Assembly (NCBI GenBank): GCA_964492825.1
Contig: CAZBLP010000004.1
Location: 1-56,376, forward strand
DNA from: an uncultured bacterium
GTDB lineage: Bacteria; DYJV01
Length of the DNA: 56,376 bases
Direction of reading: 5' to 3'
This document shows, piece by piece, positions 32,482 through 41,489 of this stretch; positions within the stretch are counted from its first letter, which is position 1, and every line of letters begins with the position of its first letter. A program made the position numbers and the translations under genes. A model generated the notes under the pieces. It ran no database searches, was not told the DNA's origin, and saw only the letters and a program-made list of their open reading frames with translations.

Positions 32482-34464
32482 ATGCCCAAAAGAATAGGTG
32501 TTTTTGTATGCTGGTGCGGTGCAAATATTGCATCTTCTGTTGATGTTAACAAAGTTGTTGAAGAAATAAAAAAAGAACCTGACGTTGAATTTGCCATAAA
32601 TTATATGTACATGTGTTCTGATCCGGGACAGCAGCTTGTAAAAGATCATATTGTAGAAGACAATTTAAACGGTGTGGTTGTGTGCAGTTGTTCACCAAGA
32701 ATGCACGAAAATACATTTAGAAAAGCAGCTGCAAGTGTCGGACTCAATCCTTTTTTAGTGGAAATAGCTAATATTAGAGAGCAGTGCAGTTGGGTTCATC
32801 AGGGGGACAAACCTGTAGCTACTGCAAAAGCAATTAATATTATAAAAGCAACTATTGAAAAAGTAAGACAAAATATAGAATTAGTACCTATTGAAGTCAG
32901 TCTTAATAAAAGGTCTCTTGTTGTTGGAGCCGGTATCAGCGGAATAATGGCAGCAATAGATCTTGCAGAAGCTGGATATGAAGTTGTGCTTGTTGAAAAA
33001 GAGCCTGCTATTGGCGGCAAACTTTTGCAATTATACAAAACAGTTCCTTATTTTAAAAAAGCATCTGATTATATAAAAGAAAAATCAGAAATAGTTTTAA
33101 ATCATCCGAATATTACTTTATACACATATAGCGAAATTGACGACCTTGACGGTTATGTCGGAAATTTTGAAGTTAATATCAGAAAAAAAGCTTCTTTTAT
33201 TAATACGGACAAATGCACAAATTGCAACAAATGTATTGACGTCTGTCCTGTTGAAGTTTCAGACGAATTTAACAGAGGATTGTCAAAGAGAAAAGCAGTT
33301 CATTATCTTACTGAAAAAGCATTCCCAAAAAGATTGGTAATTGATGCTGCAAATTGCAAACATTTTACAGATGGGAATTGTGACAAGTGCGTTAATGTAT
33401 GTAAAGAATCGGCAATAGATTTTAATATGAAGGATGAAATTGTTAAAGAGCTTGTTGGTGCAATTGTGATAGCAACAGGATATAAACTTTACAGTTCAGC
33501 AAATTTCCCTGAATGGGGAGGCGGAGAACTACCTGATGTTATTGATGCTCTTGCATTTGAAAGAATGCTTGATCCTGAAGGTCCTACAGGTGGTAAAATA
33601 ATCAGACCATCAAACGGAAAAGAAGCCAAAACAGTTTTATGGGTAAAATGTGCAGGCTCAAGAGATCCTGAATTTCATAAACCGTACTGCTCAAGAGTCT
33701 GTTGTATTTATACTGCAAAACAGGCAAGGCTTTTTAAACAAAATGTTCCTGATGGTAAAGCTTTTATCTCTTACATGGATATAAGAACAGATTCAAAAGA
33801 TTTTGAAGAGTTTTATCATGCAGGAATTGAAAATGACAGAATAGTATATATAAGAGGAAGAATTTCCAAAGTCTTTCAAGAAGGAGAAAATTTGGTTGTC
33901 CGAACTTCTGATACTCTTACAGGTGAGGCACTTGATTTGGAAGTTGACCTTGTGGTCTTGGCAAATGCTATTGTTCCAGTTGACGGAGTGGAAGAACTTG
34001 CAAAAAAATTGAGAGCAACAATAGATGAATTTGGATTTTTCTCAGAAACACATATAAAACTTTACCCTGTTGAGAGTTCTACAAAGGGAATTTATTTGGC
34101 AGGATGCGCTCAATCGCCAAAAGATACAACAGATTCGGTATCTCAGGCATTGGCATCAACAGGTAAAATTTTAACACTTTTTGCAAATGACAAATTAAGC
34201 CAGGACCCTTTAATTGCTATGGTTGATCCTCTTGTATGCAGTGGTTGCGGTATTTGTGTCGATATCTGTCCTTATGGTGCAAGAAAATTAAACGAAATTA
34301 CAAAAATATCAGATGTTAATAAAGCTTTATGTCAGGGATGCGGTGCCTGTATAGCAGCTTGTCCCAACAAGGCTTGCGAGCTGATTAATCAGACAAGCAT
34401 TCAGACTTTCAGAATGATTAATACATTCCAAGAGCCTGATATGGAAATAGTGCTTGAATCATAA
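32482..34464 (+). CDS. hdrA: HdrA with N-terminal Fe-S domain but lacking the DCxxC motif
   Basis: IGVFVCWCG...CSCSP...NIREQCSWVH; GAGISG; LYKTVPYF replaces TLDCxxC; inserted and C-terminal ferredoxins. Confidence 0.9.
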   Translation: MPKRIGVFVCWCGANIASSVDVNKVVEEIKKEPDVEFAINYMYMCSDPGQQLVKDHIVEDNLNGVVVCSCSPRMHENTFRKAAASVGLNPFLVEIANIREQCSWVHQGDKPVATAKAINIIKATIEKVRQNIELVPIEVSLNKRSLVVGAGISGIMAAIDLAEAGYEVVLVEKEPAIGGKLLQLYKTVPYFKKASDYIKEKSEIVLNHPNITLYTYSEIDDLDGYVGNFEVNIRKKASFINTDKCTNCNKCIDVCPVEVSDEFNRGLSKRKAVHYLTEKAFPKRLVIDAANCKHFTDGNCDKCVNVCKESAIDFNMKDEIVKELVGAIVIATGYKLYSSANFPEWGGGELPDVIDALAFERMLDPEGPTGGKIIRPSNGKEAKTVLWVKCAGSRDPEFHKPYCSRVCCIYTAKQARLFKQNVPDGKAFISYMDIRTDSKDFEEFYHAGIENDRIVYIRGRISKVFQEGENLVVRTSDTLTGEALDLEVDLVVLANAIVPVDGVEELAKKLRATIDEFGFFSETHIKLYPVESSTKGIYLAGCAQSPKDTTDSVSQALASTGKILTLFANDKLSQDPLIAMVDPLVCSGCGICVDICPYGARKLNEITKISDVNKALCQGCGACIAACPNKACELINQTSIQTFRMINTFQEPDMEIVLES

Positions 34465-34504
34465 ATTTTTAAAATAGATAAGTTATTACAAACAGAGGTT
34501 TAAT

Positions 34505-35047
34505 ATGAATAAATTTGCAGAAGAGATTAGCAGTAAAAGCGGAGAAATTTTTAATCTGTGTTATCAATGTAAAAAATGTACTGCAGGTTGTCCTACAGCG
34601 GAGTTTATGGATATTAAGCCAAATGAAATCATAAGACACATTCAATATGGCAACAGAGACAAATTATTAACAAGTGAAGCTATTTGGCTCTGTGTTTCCT
34701 GTGACACATGCGGTGAAAGATGTCCGAATGATATAAAAATTTCAAAATTAATGGGAGCTTTGAGAAGAAAAGCAATTGAAGATAAAGTGGAAATAGCTGA
34801 TAAAGTCGGCTATGCATTTAACAGATCATTTGTTGAAAGTATAAAAAGATACGGCAGGGTTCATGAAGCTACATTTTTAATTTCATACAAATTAAAAACA
34901 AAAGATTTTTTTAGCGAAGCTGCTTTAAATGACATGAAAGTCGGTATAAAATTATTCATGAGAGGTAAGTTACCTCTTTTCCCAAAAAAAATAAAAGACA
35001 TGACTGCTATTAAAAACATATTTAAAAAATGTGTGCCAGAGATTTAG
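34505..35047 (+). CDS. hdrC: heterodisulfide reductase subunit C (HdrC2)
   Basis: CYQCKKCTAGCP and CVSCDTCGERCP, GRVHE. Confidence 0.88.
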   Translation: MNKFAEEISSKSGEIFNLCYQCKKCTAGCPTAEFMDIKPNEIIRHIQYGNRDKLLTSEAIWLCVSCDTCGERCPNDIKISKLMGALRRKAIEDKVEIADKVGYAFNRSFVESIKRYGRVHEATFLISYKLKTKDFFSEAALNDMKVGIKLFMRGKLPLFPKKIKDMTAIKNIFKKCVPEI

Positions 35048-35102
35048 TTTTTTTTATTTTTAGAGAGCATTAATAAAATTTAAAAAAACATCAGGAGTAA
35101 AA

Positions 35103-35927
35103 ATGGAACTGTCATATTATCCAGGTTGTACTGCTCATTCAACAGCAATAGAGTATGAAAACTCAATTGAAGAAGTTTTGAAAATTTTGGGAGTAACAAT
35201 TAAAGAAATAGAAGATTGGAATTGTTGCGGCTCAGGGCCTGCAAAAAATATAAGCGAAGACCTTGTTATAAACCTTTCTGCAAGAAATATAAAAATAGCT
35301 GAAAAAGAGGGCAAAGATCTTCTTATACCATGTGCAGGATGTTTTAATAGTTTGAAAAGATCTGAATATGCATTAAAAGACAATAGTAAAAAAGCTGAAA
35401 TAGAGAATAATGTTGATTTCAAATTTCAGGGAAATATCAACATAAAATATATTTTGGATACATTTATGGAAATAGGTATTGATAAAATAAAAGCAAATGT
35501 TAAAAAAGAGTTATCACAAATTAAAGCTGTTTGTTATTATGGATGTGCAATTTTAAGACCAAGCGAGGTTGTAACTTTTGACAATCCCGAACATCCTGAT
35601 TCAATGGATGAATTAATGAAAGCAATTGGGGTGAAAGTTCTTGATTGGCCGTCAAAGGTTGACTGCTGCGGCGGTGATGCAGCTCTTACCAATCCGGAGC
35701 TTGCATCAAAATTAATTGGTAAGATCGTTGATTATGCAAAAGAAGCCGGAGCAAACTGTATTGTTACGTCATGCGGATTATGCCAGGCAAATATTGATAC
35801 AAAACAGAGCACGGATAATCCGTTGCCTGTGTTATATTTTACTGAATTAATAGGTGAAGCTTTTCAGGTTTCAGATACAAGCAGTTGGTGGAAAAAACAT
35901 ATTGTGGATCCAAAAGGATTATTTTAA
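35103..35927 (+). CDS. hdrB: heterodisulfide reductase subunit B (HdrB2)
   Basis: YYPGC/WNCCG/CAGC and YYGC/DCCG/CGLC. Confidence 0.92.
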   Translation: MELSYYPGCTAHSTAIEYENSIEEVLKILGVTIKEIEDWNCCGSGPAKNISEDLVINLSARNIKIAEKEGKDLLIPCAGCFNSLKRSEYALKDNSKKAEIENNVDFKFQGNINIKYILDTFMEIGIDKIKANVKKELSQIKAVCYYGCAILRPSEVVTFDNPEHPDSMDELMKAIGVKVLDWPSKVDCCGGDAALTNPELASKLIGKIVDYAKEAGANCIVTSCGLCQANIDTKQSTDNPLPVLYFTELIGEAFQVSDTSSWWKKHIVDPKGLF

Positions 35928-35956
35928 ATTTTAATTAAAAAATTCGGAGAATTAAC

Positions 35957-38950
35957 ATGAATGAGGTTGCAATAATAGGTGCAGGTTTTGCAGGAATGAG
36001 TGCGGCTCTTGCACTTGCTGATAAAGGTGTAAAAGTTAATTTAATAGATAAAAAAGTTGCAATGGGCGGTTATTTCCCGTTATTGGATAATCAATTCCCT
36101 ACAAATTCCTGCGGAGTTTGTTTTTTATCTCCTGAGCCACCTGCTTTTTGTCCTTTTATAGAGTGTAATTTAAGAGAAAATATAAATTTTATGGGAAATG
36201 CATTAGTTGAAAATATTTCAGGGGAAGAAGGCAATTTCACAATTAATGTAAAAATTCTCAATAACCCTGTAAACAATGATTTATGTATAGATTGCGGCAA
36301 ATGTGAAGAAGTTTGTCCTGTTGAAGTTTCTAATGAATTTGGCGATGGTATTGAGGTTAGAAAAGCGGTTTACAAATTTTATCCCAAAGCAGTTAAAAAA
36401 TCTTATTTTCTTAATATTGACAATTGCAATAAATGCAATAAATGTGTTGAAATATGCCCTACTAAGGCAATTGATTTAAATGCGAATAATGAGAAAAATA
36501 TCAGTTTAAATGTATCTGAAATTATTTTAACTCCCGGTTTCAAATCAGTTCAAGGAAATATTAAGGAAGAATTTGGTTTTGGTATTAATAAAAATGTTCT
36601 TTCATCTGTTCAATATGAAAGACTTATAAGCCCTTCAGGTCCTACAAAAGGAATACCGCAAAGACCTTCAGACGGTTCTCATCCAAAAAGTATAGCTTTT
36701 CTTCAATGTGTAGGCTCAAGAGACATTAGAAAAAAAGGCAATCCTTACTGTTCTTCAATTTGCTGTATGTTTGCATTAAAACAGGCAATGCTTACCAAAG
36801 ATAAACTACCAGATACTGATATTACCTTTTTTTATATGGATATAAGAGCTTTTGGAAAAGATTATGAACAATATTTCCAAAAAGCAAAAGATGAATATGG
36901 AATAAATTTTATCAGGTGCCATGTATCTACTGTAAAAGAACATGGTGACAGTAAAATCATTACAATTACATATTATGAAAACGGAGAATTAAAGGAGAAA
37001 GATTTTGATATAGCTGTACTTTCACTTGGATTTTATCAGGATGAAGAAACAAAAGCTTTAATTCAAAAATCAGGGATAAATGTCAATGAATTTAATTTTG
37101 CAATTACAAATGAATTTTCTCCTTTTAATACCAATATCCCAGGCATTTATGCAGCAGGTTCTTTTATTGCGCCTAAAGATATCCCTGAAACTACCACTGA
37201 TGGCTCAGGTGTGGCAGCAAAAATATTGGAAAAATTCAAACCAGGTTCAGATAAATTTACTCCTGTGCCAATTTCACCATCTATGGCTGAAAGCCCAAGA
37301 GTTGGAGTTTTGATATGTAAATGCGGCAATATTCTTGAAAATAGCATTGATATTTCCGCTGTTCTACAAAGTTGTAAAAATATTCCCGAAGTTGTTTATA
37401 CAGATACCATTGATAATCTCTGTAATAAAGAGACATTAAATGAAGTGAAAAAAATAATTTCAGACAATGCACTTGACAGATTGGTTGTAGGAGGCTGCTC
37501 TGTTAGAGAGCTTGAAGCTATTTTTGAAAAATTTAAAGACACTGGTTATTCAATGTTAAACTTTGAATTTGTTAATTTAAGAGAACAATGTATTTTTTCA
37601 AGCAATTGTGATAATTTTATTCTTACAGAGAAATCCTTTATTCTTTTAAATTCCGCAATAAAAAAAGTTTTATTAAACAAAGCTTCTAATCAAACTAAAA
37701 CAGAAATTAAAGATTCAGCTCTTGTAATAGGTGCCGGTGCCGCAGGAATGAGCGCTGCTCTGTCTCTTGCATACCAGGGTAGCAAAGTATTTTTAATAGA
37801 AAAAAATGATGAAATAGGCGGAAGATTGCTTAATGCATATTATACGTTAAAAGGTACGGATATTCAGAAAAGTATAAAATCCCTTGTAGAAGAAGTAAAA
37901 AATAATAAAAATATAGAAATTTTGACAGGTGCCAGAATAACCTCTTCAGAAGGATTGGTAGGAGACAGAAAAACAAAAGTTTTAACAGGCGAAGTTGAAC
38001 GTGAAATTGAACATGGAGTTACTGTTTTAGCTACAGGAGCATGTGAAGTTATCCCTGCCTCTTATTCCTATAATGAATCTGATAAAATAATTACCCAGGT
38101 TGAGCTTGAAGAAAAAATAGCTAACAATAATTTATCTGAAAATATAAAAGAAATAGTTATGATTCAATGTGTAGAATCAAGGGAAAAAGGCAAGAGAGAA
38201 TATTGCAGCAGAGTTTGCTGTACCCATGCTTTAAAAAATGCACTTAAACTAAAGGAAAAATATCCGGATGTTCAAATTACGGTTCTTTACAGAGATATAA
38301 GAGCTTACGGATTTTATGAAAATTTTTATAGGCAAGCCAGAAACAAGGGGATTATATTTATTCCGTATGATGTTAATAAAAAACCTGAAGTTAAAGTTTC
38401 AGGCGATACTGTAGCAATTAGTTTTGAAGATACTATAATAAACGAAGAAGTTAATAAAAATACAGACTTGTTAGTTTTAAGCACAGGCATCCAGGCTAAT
38501 GATAATAAAAAATTAGCAGATATATTCGGAATTCCCATTGATAAATTTAACTTTTTTAAAGAAGCAAATAAAAAAACCGGTATTTTAACATTTTTAAAAA
38601 AAGATATTTTTATGTGCGGACTATGCCATGCTCCAAAGCATATTGACGAAGCAGTTGCACAAGGTTATTCTGCTGCAGCAAGAGCTTCTCTGTTTTTATC
38701 AAAAAAAGAACTAATATCTTTGGAGAAAAAATCTTTTGTTATTGACAGGTTTTGCAGTGGCTGCGGAATATGCGTTGAAGTGTGTCCATTTGATGCAAGA
38801 ATTATTGATGAAGAAAAGAAAATAGCAAAAGTATTTGAGACTATCTGCGAAGGCTGCTCAGCTTGTGTTATGGCTTGTCCAAACGGAGCAGCACAGCAGT
38901 ATGGTTATGAAAAATCACAGATATTAAATGTTGTGGATAAATTACTTTAA
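35957..38950 (+). CDS. hdrA: large tandem HdrA-HdrA fusion (two FAD domains)
   Basis: two GAGxAG motifs; first half FPTNSCGVC + inserted ferredoxin; second half GVLICKCG...NLREQC + C-terminal ferredoxin. Confidence 0.88.
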   Translation: MNEVAIIGAGFAGMSAALALADKGVKVNLIDKKVAMGGYFPLLDNQFPTNSCGVCFLSPEPPAFCPFIECNLRENINFMGNALVENISGEEGNFTINVKILNNPVNNDLCIDCGKCEEVCPVEVSNEFGDGIEVRKAVYKFYPKAVKKSYFLNIDNCNKCNKCVEICPTKAIDLNANNEKNISLNVSEIILTPGFKSVQGNIKEEFGFGINKNVLSSVQYERLISPSGPTKGIPQRPSDGSHPKSIAFLQCVGSRDIRKKGNPYCSSICCMFALKQAMLTKDKLPDTDITFFYMDIRAFGKDYEQYFQKAKDEYGINFIRCHVSTVKEHGDSKIITITYYENGELKEKDFDIAVLSLGFYQDEETKALIQKSGINVNEFNFAITNEFSPFNTNIPGIYAAGSFIAPKDIPETTTDGSGVAAKILEKFKPGSDKFTPVPISPSMAESPRVGVLICKCGNILENSIDISAVLQSCKNIPEVVYTDTIDNLCNKETLNEVKKIISDNALDRLVVGGCSVRELEAIFEKFKDTGYSMLNFEFVNLREQCIFSSNCDNFILTEKSFILLNSAIKKVLLNKASNQTKTEIKDSALVIGAGAAGMSAALSLAYQGSKVFLIEKNDEIGGRLLNAYYTLKGTDIQKSIKSLVEEVKNNKNIEILTGARITSSEGLVGDRKTKVLTGEVEREIEHGVTVLATGACEVIPASYSYNESDKIITQVELEEKIANNNLSENIKEIVMIQCVESREKGKREYCSRVCCTHALKNALKLKEKYPDVQITVLYRDIRAYGFYENFYRQARNKGIIFIPYDVNKKPEVKVSGDTVAISFEDTIINEEVNKNTDLLVLSTGIQANDNKKLADIFGIPIDKFNFFKEANKKTGILTFLKKDIFMCGLCHAPKHIDEAVAQGYSAAARASLFLSKKELISLEKKSFVIDRFCSGCGICVEVCPFDARIIDEEKKIAKVFETICEGCSACVMACPNGAAQQYGYEKSQILNVVDKLL

Positions 38951-39019
38951 AATATAAAGACATAATTAAGACTTTTAGAAATAAAAAAACAACTTGAAAC
39001 TGAATAAAGAGGTGTGAAT

Positions 39020-39448
39020 ATGGCAGATGAGAAATTTGAACCAAAATTAATTGCATTTTTGTGTCACTGGTGTACTTATACAGGAGCAGACCTTGCCGGT
39101 ACCACAAGACAGCAGTACCCGCCTAATATAAGAGTTGTACATCTTATGTGCTCAGGTGGTATAGACGTTGTCTATGTACTAAAATCTTTGCTTGAAGGTG
39201 CAGACGGTGTACTTATTGGTGGATGTCATCCAGGGGATTGTCATTATCAATCAGGAAATTTTAAAGCAAGAAGAAGGATTGCTATTTTAAAAAATATTCT
39301 AAAACAATTCGGTCTGGAAGATGACAGAGTTTGGCTAAGGTGGATAAGTGCAAGTGAAGGTAAAATGTTTGCAGATACAGTTACTGAATTTACCAATTTT
39401 TTAAAAGCCAAAGGACCTGCTAAATTGAAGTTAACATGGGATGCTTAA
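39020..39448 (+). CDS. mvhD: MvhD/FlpD [2Fe-2S] subunit
   Basis: FLCHWCTY, LMCSG, GGCHPGDCHY; start ATG 39020 or GTG 39014. Confidence 0.92.
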   Translation: MADEKFEPKLIAFLCHWCTYTGADLAGTTRQQYPPNIRVVHLMCSGGIDVVYVLKSLLEGADGVLIGGCHPGDCHYQSGNFKARRRIAILKNILKQFGLEDDRVWLRWISASEGKMFADTVTEFTNFLKAKGPAKLKLTWDA

Positions 39449-39508
39449 TTTTTTAGATAATTGTCAGTTAAATGTTTTTAAGTTTGAACTAAACATAGGA
39501 GGAAATAG

Positions 39509-40630
39509 ATGCCTGTTACAAATAAAGTAAATAACCTGGAAGGGGTTATAGATTACTTAAAAAAATTACTTGAAAATAATGTGGTAGATGAAATTTTAAT
39601 ACCTAAACTCAGCAGCTCAAAAGATAATTATATCCAGACTCTTGTCAGTTCACCTGACATGTTAGAAGGCTGTAATCCTTTTGCACCTGTTATCCCTATT
39701 CAAACAGGTAGGATTGCAAAAAACCTGACTTTTACAACATCTGGCAAAAAATTGCTTATTATTGCAAAACCATGCGAAATTAAAGCAATTGTTGAGCTAA
39801 CGAAATTTAAACAGGTAAATCTTGACAATTGTTACATAATTGCAGTTGATTGTATTGGGACTTATGATGTTAACGATTTTCAGGAAATTTTATTGAATAA
39901 TCAAGATTATATAGATAATTTTACTTCAAAATACAGCAGCGGTGAATTTAAACCTGTTAATGGTTTTTCATTTAGAAAATCTTGCTCAATGTGTGAAACA
40001 CCCTCAATATCATTGGAACTTGTTGATGGTGTTTTCGGATATTTCGCCACTTCAGGAAGTGAAATTTTCATTATTGCCAAAGATGATTCTCCTTTAAAAG
40101 AAACTTTTGAAAATCAAAATCTGGATTTGTCAAAAAGAGAAGATGTTATAAATAAACTTAAACAGGAACGATTAAAGAATAAAAATGAAATTTTAAATAA
40201 TTTCAGAGAAGAAACATCAAATCTCGAATCTTTACAAAAGGTATTTTCAAAATGTATTAGATGCCACAACTGTATGGTTGCCTGTCCAATATGTTACTGC
40301 AAGGAATGTGTTTTCAGAAGTCCTACCTTTGATCATTCAGCTGATATGATTACAGGTTGGGCAGAAAGAAAAGGAGCCTTGAGAATGCTCGAAAACACAT
40401 TAATGTTTCACCTTACAAGACTTAATCATATGTCAAGTTCCTGTATAGCCTGCGGATTATGCTCAAGTGCATGTCCCAATGATATAGATGTGGCAACTGT
40501 TTTTATCAGTGTTTCAGACAATGTTCAAAATATGCTCGATTATAAAGCTGGTGAAAGTTTTGACGAGCCTGCGCCAGTTACAACTTTTAGAGAAAACGAG
40601 CTTGTTGCAGAAGCAGGCACAAATGAATAA
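39509..40630 (+). CDS. FdhB/FrhB-family iron-sulfur (flavo)protein
   Basis: KPCEIKAIVEL, DCIG, CSMC, CIRCHNCMVACPICYCKEC, CIACGLCSSACP. Confidence 0.75.
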   Translation: MPVTNKVNNLEGVIDYLKKLLENNVVDEILIPKLSSSKDNYIQTLVSSPDMLEGCNPFAPVIPIQTGRIAKNLTFTTSGKKLLIIAKPCEIKAIVELTKFKQVNLDNCYIIAVDCIGTYDVNDFQEILLNNQDYIDNFTSKYSSGEFKPVNGFSFRKSCSMCETPSISLELVDGVFGYFATSGSEIFIIAKDDSPLKETFENQNLDLSKREDVINKLKQERLKNKNEILNNFREETSNLESLQKVFSKCIRCHNCMVACPICYCKECVFRSPTFDHSADMITGWAERKGALRMLENTLMFHLTRLNHMSSSCIACGLCSSACPNDIDVATVFISVSDNVQNMLDYKAGESFDEPAPVTTFRENELVAEAGTNE

Positions 40631-40658
40631 TTTTATAAATATTATAAATTAACCAAGC

Positions 40659-41453
40659 ATGGAGGATAAAATGAGTGAAGCAAAAAAACAGCAAATTAAC
40701 ATTGCTACCGGTGACAGACCTGTTCTTCCGGAAGGTTCAAAAGAGATACCGGTATATATAATGGGTAAAAAATATATGGTGCCTGAGACAATTACCATTC
40801 AGAAAGCAATTGAATATGCCGGATATAAATTTATTAGAGCATGCGGCTGCCGTGGCGGAATTTGTGGTGCTTGCGGAACTGTTTACAGAATATACGGAGA
40901 TTACAGATTAAATTTCGGTTTAGCATGCCAGACTGTTGTACAGGAAAATATGTATATTGCACAGATTCCCTTTTATCCTGCTAACAGGGCAAAATATAAT
41001 ATAAATGAAGTAGAAGCAGAAGCAGACACAATAATGGCACTTTATCCTGAAGTTTTAAAATGTGTAGGATGTAACACTTGTTCAAAAGCCTGTCCTATGG
41101 ATATAGATGTTATGGGATACATTAATGCTGCAATGAGAGGTGATGTTGAAAAAGTGGCAAAATTATCTTTTGACTGTATTCAATGTGGGTTATGCTCGTC
41201 AAGATGTCCTGCACAAATACAGCATTATCACGTAGCGCAACTTTGCAGAAGATTGTATGGTAAATATATTCTTCCTAAGGATACTTTTTTACAGGAAAGA
41301 AGCAAGGACATAGAAAACGGCAAATATGAAAATATGCTTGCTGAATTAAAACAATTACCCCTTGATGAACTTAAGAAAAAATATGTTGCAAGAGAAATGG
41401 AGCCAGCAACTCATGACGGCACATGGATGCCTCAGGAAACGGAATATTTGTAA
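40659..41453 (+). CDS. FrdB/SdhB-like iron-sulfur subunit ([2Fe-2S] + 2x[4Fe-4S])
   Basis: CGCRGGICGAC...LACQT; CVGCNTCSKACP; CIQCGLCSSRCP; start may be ATG 40671. Confidence 0.8.
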   Translation: MEDKMSEAKKQQINIATGDRPVLPEGSKEIPVYIMGKKYMVPETITIQKAIEYAGYKFIRACGCRGGICGACGTVYRIYGDYRLNFGLACQTVVQENMYIAQIPFYPANRAKYNINEVEAEADTIMALYPEVLKCVGCNTCSKACPMDIDVMGYINAAMRGDVEKVAKLSFDCIQCGLCSSRCPAQIQHYHVAQLCRRLYGKYILPKDTFLQERSKDIENGKYENMLAELKQLPLDELKKKYVAREMEPATHDGTWMPQETEYL

Positions 41454-41489
41454 AATTAAAAATCGAAAATTTAAATAAAGGAGCAAAAA

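Noticed and set aside
29747-39448. hdr genes as evidence of methanogenesis or an archaeal origin of the contig
   Set aside because: Surrounding genes (lpxC, rpoD, sigma-54 activator, gmhB) are bacterial and no mcr/mtr genes are present; Hdr-like complexes are widespread in anaerobic bacteria.
31138-39448. Assignment as QmoABC or Hdr-Flx
   Set aside because: No membrane QmoC, no aprAB and no FlxA-type NAD(H)-binding subunit; MvhD is separate and HdrB/C are duplicated.
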